From the NCBI GenBank assembly GCA_000708835.1, contig DF236950.1, forward strand, positions 477,866 to 541,865: 64,000 nucleotides of DNA, in the 5' to 3' direction. The DNA is from Klebsormidium nitens (Eukaryota; Plantae; Klebsormidiophyceae). The notes below the pieces were generated by a model. That model saw nothing but the letters and a program-made list of their open reading frames with translations, was not told the DNA's origin and searched no databases. The position numbers and the translations under genes are program-made. This document shows, piece after piece, positions 50,538 through 61,800 of this stretch (its first letter is position 1; each line of letters starts with the position of its first letter).

Positions 50538-52906
50538 TCAATGCCAATCTAAGTTGCTCCGTCTCTTCTTAGAAGGAGGCACCTGAAGGCCCAAATCAGG
50601 GACCACAAACAGATCATCCGAATCGGGCACGACAGCCGGGCCCATATCATACGACGACCGCGCCTTGCCCTTCAAAGCGGATCCCCCACCCTTTCTTGGA
50701 ACAGCTGGGCTGTTGCTTGGCACCAAACCAGGGGACGGCGAATAGTCAAAGTTGGGCACCTCGTGCATTGACTCCGCGAAGGCGAGGTCGTCAAACATCC
50801 CAAGGTCAGCCGTCCAGTCAAAGTCACCCATAAGCGCGTCCATACCCTGCACAGACCGCACACAACTTGATCAGACCAGCTCACACATTCTGATTTGGAC
50901 ATTGTAAGGAGCGAACCCAAACATTGAAGAGGTGTGACCATACGAAACGTGCCCGGACGCAAGAAAATACCAGACTTTACAAGAATCCCTACAGTGATTG
51001 TCACAAGAGCTGCTAATGGACACATAGCAACTGCATGCGCCGTCTCAATGTGCAGCTTAGCTGCCTTGCATGCCAGTTGCTGACAGGGCGCTGCAACGAC
51101 AATCTCCTTCCAAAAGAAGGAGCGAACAAAAACTTGTTGACAGGTGGCCCAATGCACTTGTTGTTGCTCTCGCTTGATAACCAAAGAGAAATCACGCTTG
51201 ACAACTAAAGAGAAATTAGTGCATCGAACTGCACCATACCCAGCGTATTTGCACAAAAACCAGATATCTTTTGGCAGTCTCGTAATGACCCACAAATGCT
51301 CACCCTAAGACCTCATCAAAGCCAGCGCGCAGAATGTGCTGCCAATACAGGCACAGAACTTACCTTTGTAGACCCAATGTCATTAAGGCTGTATCCATCC
51401 GCTAGGTTTGGGATCCCCAAAATCTCATCCACGCTCCACACCGGCACCGTCGAGTCAGGAAGCTCATTTACATTCACGCTCTGCCCCCTCCTCAACCCAC
51501 TGCTGCTCGCACCCCCCCCTCGTGAGCTCGGCCCTGCCCCCGAGCTGCCCCCCCCAAAACCCCCACTAAACCCTGAACCCCCGCCACTGAAAGCTTCTGG
51601 AACGGGACTGGAAGGCACTGCCGTAGCTGACTTCTTCTTCGAGGGTTTCTGTTCGGCGGGCTGGTAAACAGGGACACGGGCAACTGGAGAGGTGGGCTTT
51701 GGAGGGAAGGGGGAACCGAGGACCTTAGACGGGGCAGATGTTGAGGGGGCCTCAGCCTGCTCGTCTGCCCCAAGATTTTCTAAGCCAACGCGGACTCCGG
51801 TCAGTAAAAACCGAGTGTGCTTCCGCGCTAGATCGTTGGCAGTGTGAATAGAGATGTCGCAATCCCGGCACAGGAGAGCGCGGTCCTCGAGGCAAAAGAA
51901 GAACGCCGCTCCCTCCTGAAATAAGAGCAAGTTTGCGTGGGCAGAACTTCAAGGGGCTCGATTGTGCTCAAGGTTTTGACAATTGCTGAGCCATACTCAA
52001 GCTAGAACCATGGACTCTTCAGATTTCAATAATTGCTTGCATAATAACCCAGCAATGCTCATACACAGGGCCAGTATGCTTAACCAAAGGTCGCATGCAC
52101 TGCAGCCTTTAGCAATTGGAGCTGGCTGCAGCAGCTGCCGGAACTATGCAACCTCATTGAGAAATCTTTATGCAACGAATCAGAGGTAGAACGCCCTTTT
52201 ACCCTCTCACTATTGCAGCCTGCAAGCTTCTGAGTATAACAACAGGTTAAGAGACACCGCTGTGACCTTGTGAGCTGGACGTAGACCTTTTCTGTTACTC
52301 AAGAAGCAGAGCAATCTGTCATGGACAATCTCTTTAAATGCTGCTCACAAACAGCGTTCACGCCCCCACAGCCTGGCAGCTGACCACTCGACAGCAGGTA
52401 TCTTGAGTGACAGATATCTTTACTTCCAAGCCATGGCAAATCAACTGTCATGGTTGGCACAAACGGAGGACCTTGACAGCATACATTGTAACGTTTCTGC
52501 AACATGATCAGTAAAACCAGATATGGTATTTTGTTGGAGCCCTCAACAGCCCAGCCTGAAGTGCCTGAGAAGCATGCAACAAAGGGCACTTGGAGTTGTA
52601 TGCCTCGCCATAACCGCAGTTGGTTCAGCACCCCTTCTGAGCTCAACTGTGAGCAATGCACCTCACATAACGTTTCCCCTGCTCGCTGCCATCAGGACTA
52701 AGGCCCTCACTGAATCCACCCACCTGGCATATGTCGCATTTTGACCCCTCTTTTGGCTGCGCCAGGAGAGGCACTCGCTGATGCTTGTTGGCCAGCCTGT
52801 TTGCTGCATGGACCCTTTTGTCGCAGTCCACACACAGCGCTGCCTCGTCTGCACAGCACATCACTGCCGCCACCGCATTCTCGCATGCGTCGCACTGAAT
52901 CTTCAT
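50538..52906 (-). CDS. Double B-box zinc-finger protein without CCT domain (structural group IV, BBX21-25/STO-like), 3 exons
   Basis: B-box1 is MKIQCDACENAVAAVMCCADEAALCVDCDKRVHAANRLANKHQRVPL. B-box2 is CDICQ|EGAAFFFCLEDRALLCRDCDISIHTANDLARKHTRFLLTGV. Later come WSVDEILG, a C-terminal VPDLG (VP motif) and PPSKKRR (NLS-like). Confidence 0.93.
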
Positions 52907-54089
52907 CGTGACCAAATGCACCCCCCCCCCCAGCCCCAAACTCCAACACTCCGCAGTTTCTTATTCTCCTATCACTGCCCTCCAATTGCAGAAACAATGA
53001 TGCACAAAACAGCGCAAAGCAAAGGCCGCCCTACGCAAACCAAAGTTGTGCGCCCCTTTCGCGCAAGGCAATCTGAGCGGCCACGAGCTGCAGCCTGGTT
53101 CTTGGCCAGCGTCGGCGAAGACCTTTCTGACCGCAGGAAAGCCCATGCTGGCAGGGCAAGCCTGCTTCAGGCAAACAGTGTCATTGTGATCAGGGGTACA
53201 TTAAGCATAAGTTGCTTGACACCAGTACTTTACGGTTCGTGCAACCCTAGCCACGCAGAAGCCCTTCTAGATGCATGAGCTTGCACGAATCCGACGGTTG
53301 AACGGCTCCCCATGGTCGGCGGCAATCTTGAATCTGCTGCGTCATGGAAGTTGTGCTGACGTACCTCTGGATACGCTCCGAAACCCGTCGTTATCAGTCC
53401 CGGAAATTTGGTCCATCGCTTTCGACGAAGATAAAAAGTGCATATCGAGAATGACGTCGACCGCAGATCGTTTGTCGACTTGTGATTCGCTGAAGTGAGA
53501 CAATCGGATTCGGTGCTTGGCCTCCGTATCGCGGATATTGTCCCCCTGCATGATCGATCCGGCAGTAACCGTCTGTACTGGATTCACGAATTAGGGGCGA
53601 TTCGCAGTGCGGTCGCCGAATCTAGATTTGCCAGGGGTTTTCGCTGAAATGATAGCGCAACCGTCGATCCGATCGGCAAGCGTGGCCTGCCGTTCGCCCA
53701 ATCAGCAGGTTGTCAGTGGTCACAATCTCACAATCTCACAATTGCCGCCTACCACCTGAGGGTTCTATTAGAGCCGCCCACAAGCATTATTCTCTCACAT
53801 TGGAACATTGCTCTCATCGTTTTGTATGCAGGGCGTGCCGCTTTGGATATAGGTAGTTCTGACCATTTGCTTCCGCCCCCCGCTCTCAGGATGGGGGCAT
53901 GATTCAGCTCGGCCACAGAACTGACAGAAGTCCACGATCCCATTCCCACGGGTTCTATCAATACAATCTGGCAATATGGGACTCGCTGCAAGTGGCTGTA
54001 TATTATCAAATTATACCACAGATTTGTGACCCATTGAAACAGTGACCAATGCCATCTGAGCGGAAGTAAGATGCCGGATCATTCATCCC

Positions 54090-54158
54090 CACAGGGTAAA
54101 GCTGGCGCAAAGTGAATAAGGATGTTCCAGATTCGCTTTGCGCCAGCTCTACCCTGTG
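54090..54158. other. Long near-perfect inverted repeat (28-bp stem, 13-nt loop)
   Basis: CACAGGGTAAAGCTGGCGCAAAGTGAAT (54090-54117) pairs with ATTCGCTTTGCGCCAGCTCTACCCTGTG (54131-54158), with one mismatch and one G-U. Confidence 0.9.
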
Positions 54159-54737
54159 TATGTATGCCTTTATTATTTATGTGTAGTATGTCTTTTTCAT
54201 TTATGTATGTCCTTATCATTAAGGCGGCACCAAGAGCTTCGAGGGCTCTTCTGCTACAGCCGCTGAGCCGGTCTCCCGTTCTTTCTGCTAGGTTCTGATG
54301 CAGATTGACTCAGCACGCGGCTGGGTCTCAAACTTGAATCATACATGCTCCTTTTCCTCAGAAGATTTGAAGTTTTTGAACCACCGTCGATTGCGAAGTC
54401 TTTATAATCCGACCTAAAGAGTCATTGCAAAGGAATAGCTTTAGACGATGCATGCATGAGCATCAGGGGATGCAGGCGCATCACAAGATATGTTGATGGA
54501 AACCTTGATGAAGGCTACCTGGCTACTGCAAGAGACAACATGAGCCGGGATGCACAGGACATGGGGAGGTCACTCAAACTTGAAAGGCACTCATACTTGG
54601 TCCAAGTACAGCCGGAGCTCGAGGGGACAAACTTTACTGAATAGCCCCCTATAGTCTTTGAAATCTGCAGTCTAGCTAATACTATAATCGGGTTTCCATC
54701 AGATAGTTGCACATTACTGTGGTGCGTTGACACAGAT

Positions 54738-54911
54738 TAGTTGGATCAGAAGATTGCGTAGTTTGCTAGGTCCATAGGATCTGCTTACTTCGTTCTCTGG
54801 ACATGACTCGTAGCCGTAGCAAGCTGCGGAGTCAAAAGACAATTCCCGGCCGCGCCGGAGACCGTGCTTCACGGCCATGGTGGCTAAGGGCGTTAATAAA
54901 TTGGAAGTTAC
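54738..54911. repeat. Dispersed repeat, copy 2 (homologous to 24249-24445)
   Basis: Carries the same conserved blocks as copy 1, in the same orientation. Confidence 0.75.
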
Positions 54912-55759
54912 TATCAAAATCTGTACTTAAAAAAGGCATCGGTGGACTGGTCCCATGATCCGACGAAAGTTGCATGCAGTGGTTTACGAGCGTACATGAG
55001 CATACAGCGAGCTGCCCAAGTATGTCAATTTTGAAAAATGTGTGTGCAAAAGAAAAATTGTTGCTCCGACCGGAATCGTTCGCTTGGATCCACAGTCAAA
55101 GTCGAGCACATTGGCCACTTGTGCTAAAATCCTCGTCCGTCCAAATCAAACCGGAAACTCGCAACTCGGGCCCCTGTTGACTTGAAGATCTTTAAGCCCG
55201 CGGGCCGTTGAGTGTACACATTTTAAGCGATCATCAACTTGGCGCTGACAAACCATGCAAGCAGAAGGATGCATTGAAAGGTGGATACGCACGGCCGTAG
55301 CCTTCAAACCCCACCCTAAAACGAATTCTCACTTTCAACATCTGCTTAAGAATGTACCATGTGAAAGAAGAGAGTCAACGGCAACCTCGAAATGAACCTC
55401 ACTAGCTTTAAACAATAGCATGTGTGTCGGATACACATATACATATGCCGAGCTTGGTCTTTGCTTCCAAGCACTCTTCACTGACTAACGGGAATCAATG
55501 CCAAGCCGCCTACGTAGAGGAATCTGAGCTGTATGAAAACCACTTCTATTGTACATTGGCAAACGCGAACGGCCAGCATTGACAGATTTTCAAGCGGCAG
55601 TAGAGGAAGCTGCCAGAATGGGAGTAAACAAAAGTTATCAACGACAGTCGTCGACGAAGTTTGCACAACCCCAACTGCACCACGACAAGGAGGGGGCGGT
55701 GATCCCGGCGCCCTGATGCACTCCGGTGCCGTCCACTGCCGTCTTCCTCCGCTGCCCCC

Positions 55760-58271
55760 CTACTGCTGCGTGAGGACGCCTTTCGAGCTGCACGGGAACA
55801 ATAGCGCGCGGCCGTCAGCTTCCGAAGGGGCGCACTGAGTCAGCCCTCCAAAGGGTGGCGCAAGGGATCACGGACACCGGTCATCTGCCCGTTCGAAGGA
55901 AGACCTACTCGAGAATGCCCCGTGCAAGTGACACGTCGCAATCACCTGGGGACAGTGCCCGCTCGCCGTGGATCATGTTCCGTAGCCTGCCGTAGCGCAC
56001 GTGCAAACGCCTTGAACGTGGCCTCCACGATGTGGTGCGAGTTCTTGCCCGCCAGCTACAGGCGCGCACTCAAGCCGGGTCAGCAAAGGGTAGCTGGTAC
56101 AGTCGCTCTTCAATATGAAGCACCCAGGGAATGCAAGCAGCCGTCAGAATTTGATTGCGATCCATAGGGCCGCATGAGCGCCCGGCATCAAGTGTGCCGC
56201 GGGGCTGACCTGGCGGATGTGCAGCGTCATGCCGGAGGTGTTGACCAGCGACTGGAAGAAGTGCTCCACCAGCTGCACGCAGCGGGGCAGGCGTGAGCGG
56301 AACGGCCCATCAACAAGCCTGCTGAGCGCGCAGGAAGGCGGGCAAGGTGCAAAGAAGCCTCCCAACCTGTGCCGCTAGGGGAAGGGCCAGCATGCAGGCG
56401 CATCATCCGCAGGCGCGTGAAACGGCGCTGCCCCAAAAGGGCGACGGCGGAGAGTACCATGAGTCAGCACACGGGACGCCTGCTTAGGGGCCAGTGGGCG
56501 CTGGGCCTCTGCTCGTACCTGTGTCTCGTAATTGCCTATCCGCTCTGTGGGCAGTGCCAGGTCGAAGCTCAGGTGGGGGCGGCCAGACAGGTCCTGCGCA
56601 CAGCGTGGCGCTCAACATGAAGAGGGAGAGCTGCGGATGTCTAGGAAAGGAGCCCACGAGGAGGAGCGCAAACACTTGAGTGGGGCTGGCTCCTGCGCAT
56701 GTGCCCCAGGAGCATGGCGGGACACAGGCAGGGACGGCAGCTGCTGGGGAGCAGGCCCAGCAGTGACCTTGCGCACACAACCGCCTCAATACATAAGAGG
56801 CAGAGTGTTGGGGGCGTGCGGGAGGGGCGCACCAGGACGACCTGCACGAGGGCCTCGTCCAGGGGGGCGCAGAAGTTGCCAAAGCGGTGGATGCCCTTGC
56901 GGTCGCCCAACGCGTCGGCCAGCGCCTGCACCCAGGGGAGGGGAAACGGGGGGGAACCGTCAGAGGAAAGGCAAGCCCAGGCAAAGCGACTGCGGCAACA
57001 TGGCAGGCATGGCTCATGGAAGACGAAAGCCAGGGCTCCACACTGTGGCGCTTGGCCGCAGGGTGTGCGGCGGGGGTGGCTTCTCACCTTGCCAAAGGCG
57101 AGAGCGAGGTCCTCGTTGGTGTGGTGGTCATCAATCCAGGTGTCGCCCTTGGCCCGCACACGCACGTCAAACAGACCGTGCGATGCAATTTGCTGTATTC
57201 AACAAACGCCGAGAGAGGCTGACTTCAAGCGGCCTGGATTGCTGAATATTTTATAGAAAATCTTCAAGTAGATGATGTTTGGCGCCGGATGCAGTACACC
57301 ATTATATCGCATGCTCTGGGTACGCAGAGCCCAATCAAGCCAACTACAACTGAAAATCTTGTTTCTCAAACCAGCATCTAGGAAGAAGTTAGTCACTTTG
57401 CCCTGTCTGAAGCTGATACGCTTAGAGCTTACTACGTGAGAGATGCTTCAAAGTTGCCCCCCCAAAACAGCTTGGGTATGCTACTCAGAAGAGCCTTCGT
57501 GGTGGCAACTGCAACTTCTGTAGCAATGACACCCTGTTTCCACGAGGCATCACACTGATTCCCCCCCTTCCCCGAACATGTGCATGCGCAGGCCCCCTCT
57601 TCCAGCCGGGCAGCGGCTGCTGCGGCTATTGCTCACATCCAGCATGTGGTCCAGGAAGTGGATGCCGCTCTGGTTGTCCGCGCGCCCGCTCCCATCCAGG
57701 TTCAGCGCCACGTCCACGGATGTCTCCTTTGTCTCACGCTGCACGCGCGCCACCCGCCCCTCCGCAGCGCTCCAGGCCGCCCCATTGCCCTCCACCGCTG
57801 CACGACAGCACACAAAGATGTCAGCTCACGCCATCAGCAGCTCGTCTAACTGCGCTTGCTGGCCGAGCAGCTTGAGCGTGGACCCCCAGAGAACCCGCTG
57901 ACTCCTCGGCCAGCGGCCCCGCCATATGGGGCGGGAGACCAGCTCCGCTCCTGGTCAACGTCGCACATACCTGTCTCAAGCGCCCCCCCTGCCACTGCCG
58001 ATGCTGCCATGCCCACACCACCTCTCCTCTCCCACTGTCTCCTTACTGACGGCCGCCACCCGAGGGGAACGCTCTGAGAACTGGGGGAGGGCGCCCCTCC
58101 AAACTCCCGGCCGCAGGAGAGCGGCCTCTCCCAGGTGGAGCTGCCGCAGACAGGCGGAAGCGCAGCGCCGCCAACGGTTGGGCGCGAAGGGGCAGACGCG
58201 CCTTCTGGCAGCGGCACAGAGCACGGGCACAGGGCAGGGCTGCGAAAGGCGCTAACGGCGTGGCCCACCAT
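55760..58271 (-). CDS. hisB: Imidazoleglycerol-phosphate dehydratase (plastid-targeted), 7 exons
   Basis: A transit-peptide-like exon 1 ([12 protein letters not shown]...) is followed by [16 protein letters not shown]...[11 protein letters not shown]|[10 protein letters not shown]...[52 protein letters not shown]|[24 protein letters not shown]...PS|SKGVLTQQ*. Both histidine-rich IGPD signatures are present. Confidence 0.96.
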
Positions 58272-58819
58272 GCTGCCAACGAGGAAGGCTGTGCTGCTGC
58301 GGGGCTGCTGCGGACTCAATCGCGCCGGCGGAGATCCGAGAGACGCCCTACAGTCTACTTGCCTACCCGGACCGTATGTGCTGCCTCTGTGCTTCAATTG
58401 GGTCACGTGCAACACATATATTGACAATTTTGCGATCCCAAGTCACTGCCAGCAGCACGGCAGCCTGCTGCCTCGGCCCTACTACCTACCTTCGGCACGT
58501 CCAAAGGACAAAAGGACCGGCAGGCTCCCAGGCTGGCCGCTGTAGTCTGGCCTTCGCCCCACAGTCTCTACCGTATTCGTTCAGAGAGTGCCACGTGTCA
58601 GTACGAGTGCACCGGGGCCGGTCCGGTGCTGCCAGGCGTCTAAAAATTCGGGCAGGTTTCATCCGCCCGTCGAGGGGGGCGGTAAGGGAAAATCCTCTAT
58701 GGTACATGATTCTGAAACTCCGTCAAAAGTGACGCTAAATCGGCTCAAAGTCCCGAACGCCGTCGATCTTGTCCGAGGGGGATCTGAGCCGTTCCTTTTA
58801 CCGTAGTCCAACGTGATCA

Positions 58820-61800
58820 TTCCGAACGGATTTTCCAAGTAATATTTTCCAACAATCCGACCAGGAATGCGGAATTACTTGTGCGGATTCCGACCAGAAT
58901 CCGAATGCCCTATGTTCAGACGCATTTTAGGGCTGATTTGAGCAGTTTTTGGCCTTCCGAAGCCTATTTCAGAATTATTTAATCTTTCCGAATTTCCACT
59001 TTCCGAACGGGAAACCTGAATTTCTGACTTTCCGAATGCAAATAATTATTTATTTATTCGGAATCATTACCTTGGACGACGGGTATGCCATTCTTCAGAT
59101 GGTACGTTGGCCCAGTCTGAGTCTGAGGGGGGAGGCAAGTCGGATCCGGCATTATTTTGACGGCCTGGATCCTTCTGGAAGGATCGGACGGTCACGATCC
59201 GGTAACGATCCTGCCGGTTTCGCCCGTGACGGTAAATTTCCTCGCAATTACTGTAGAGGAACGCCACGTCACACCCCCACGAAAGTTCCAGAAGTCTTTA
59301 CGAGCACCGGCGCGTCGAAACTTAAGAAGTTGCGACCGAGCACCGGGGGTATCTCGGGGTCGTGGTCGGTTGACTAGCTTAAGGAGTTGGGACTGGGCAG
59401 ATTCGTAGAGCAAAGGTGACCGGGAATTGCGGTCCGAGGCGCAAGGGGTAGAGCTGCCGGGCATTGTGTCTCACAAAGGCTGTGCCCAGGGAAGAGACAT
59501 CTGTAGCAAGGCAGCAAGGGGGGGAACTTGAAATGGAGACTCAGAGGGAGTGCACTACTCAGCCTGGGCAAGTTCAGGTAGAGAGAACCACTCTGGATCT
59601 TATTGCCTCGGATCACTTTAGGATCGATTATGAGAGGTGTCGAGAGCCGATAGCTGCCAAGCGGCGTCACATGTCTGCAACAACTGTGGGTCAAGGACAG
59701 GGAGGGTTGCTTGCGACTCACCTTTCGAAAGGCTCAGCAAAACAGCAACGTCCACAGGGGCTTTCTGATCAGTGCAGAAAGGCCAAGGCTGAAAAACACA
59801 AAGCAGGCCGCGTGCCTGAGCTGTATCGATAAGCTCCTCGGCACGATTGAGGAGAGTGCCGACGGGCTTTCTCTTGCTCTAACAAACAGAAAGGATGGCG
59901 GGGGCGACGCTTTGCTATTGCAGCGGCAGAGCCTCGATGCGCCGTGGACCCAGAGCCTGAAGCTGTCGAATGAGCTGGTGGCCTTTTTGACAGCACAAAA
60001 TGAGAGGACGGCTATGCGAAAGAAGCCACGGCTGACCGCGGCGGAACAGGGCACGCATAGAGCGATAACAAAGGGGCAGAAGGCGCGGGTTGGCGGTGTG
60101 CCGGGAGCCGAGGTGAGCAATCAATCTTTTCCTGACCTTATGTCAAGACAATTCAATCATGGCCTTTTGCAAGGCGCGTGACAACTGCCTCCATTGCAAA
60201 TGCGAACTAAACCATCGACGACCAAAACGAGCTGGCATTAAGGACTTTGATCTGGTCCTCAAGTTGCTTTATAAGAATCCCGACTTTGAGCTGATGGGCC
60301 ATAAGATACATGCCTTATTTCCCACCCGCGACTTTGACCGGTTTGGTGCACTTGTGTTTGAGTTGCCAGATGGAACAAAAGCTCGATTCATTGATCTGGT
60401 CGGCCCCTGCAGGAAAGCGACGATGGAGGAGAGTCGATGCGAGCAACGAGCATAAAGGCGCAGGCGCTACGCTACCTTGGGTTGATCGGCGAGGGGGTGT
60501 GCCTCGTAATACTGCCGGCTGGAGGAGGATCTCCGCCTCTGAGGCTCTACATGTCCGCCTGGGACCATAACGGCCTCGGCAGAGCAAAGCCGTTGGGTAG
60601 GCCATCAAAGGAGTGCGCGCTTTTGGAGCACGTCTGGTGGGATACCCTGGGCCGACTGAACTGCACGTGCCAGCGTGGGCGGCTCTCCGACAATGCACCC
60701 TGCGTTCACAAGCTCGCTCTTGCGGCGCTGAGCAATGATTGGATGCAGGAGGCCACTCTTCCGACGGCGCAGCGAGTCAAGCAAGGGGCTAGGAAAGAAA
60801 GGATTGGCTTCAAGGACGAGCTTGGGAGCTTCTTTGCGGTGGAGGACAGCCCGCAGGGGCCGAGCTCAAAACGGCGGATGCTGTTTCGTTCGACGGCGGG
60901 GTCATGGTATTGCGAGGGCAAAAACGACGGGTGCCCAGCAGTAAGCGATTGCTCGCATGTTGCCGCGGCAAAGGCGGCGGTTCGCGCGGGAGACGTTCCG
61001 GCGGCCTCGGGGCTGCTGGTCGGGTCCGAGGCTCTTGCAAGGGCAAAGCTGTGGCTCGAGCAATGGGGGGGGGAGGTGCCAATGATTAGGAATGTGCCCG
61101 CCGTGGGACACAGAGAGAAGCAAACTTGTCTATCGAGCGAGCAACGCAAACTCGTGGGGCTCCTCGCAAGACAGCCGCACGAGGGAGAGTTGTGCGCGGG
61201 CCCTTTGTGCTTTTGCCAGAGGCATGGGGCCCTGTTCGACGAGGCGCGACGGGACGAGGAGGCTCCGTCATTGGACGCCGCGTCGGAAAGCGCTCCGGAA
61301 GCAAAACGGCCGAGAAGGTCAAAAGCGTTTTGGAAGCACTCGCACGCCGCCCCCGTCGCCCCGACCATGAGGCCGGCCCCACCCGTTGATGCTCGGGGCA
61401 AGGACGCAATCCACGGCTGGGTCCTTGCTTGTTTTGAGTGCCCGCTCGCATCAAACGAATGTGCGCATGGGGAAGGGTCCCGCGTCCATTGCCCCGTCAT
61501 GCTTATCGGCACAGAAGCCGTTCAAATCTCAAAGCCCAAGCTGGCTCGGCTCAGCGATGCACCCACCTTTCATGACCCTTTGGTCACGGCCCTCAGGGGC
61601 GCTCCGATCCGGGTCAGCGAGCTCACGCATGCGAGCTTTGTGGAGCTGTCGGAGCGAGGCTTGCTGAGCGCCCCTTGCCCACTTCAACCCCCCCCTTGCG
61701 GCACGAGTTGGGCCGAAACGTGGGTAGAAGCCTCCGTCACGGCCTCGCAGTGGAGCCGAAGGGTCAAGGTACGGATATACACGTGCCAGTGCCTCGACAT

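Noticed and set aside
53721-53744. CACAATCT 7-bp triplication upstream of the BBX gene
   Set aside because: It is too short to distinguish from replication slippage, and I recognise no known element.
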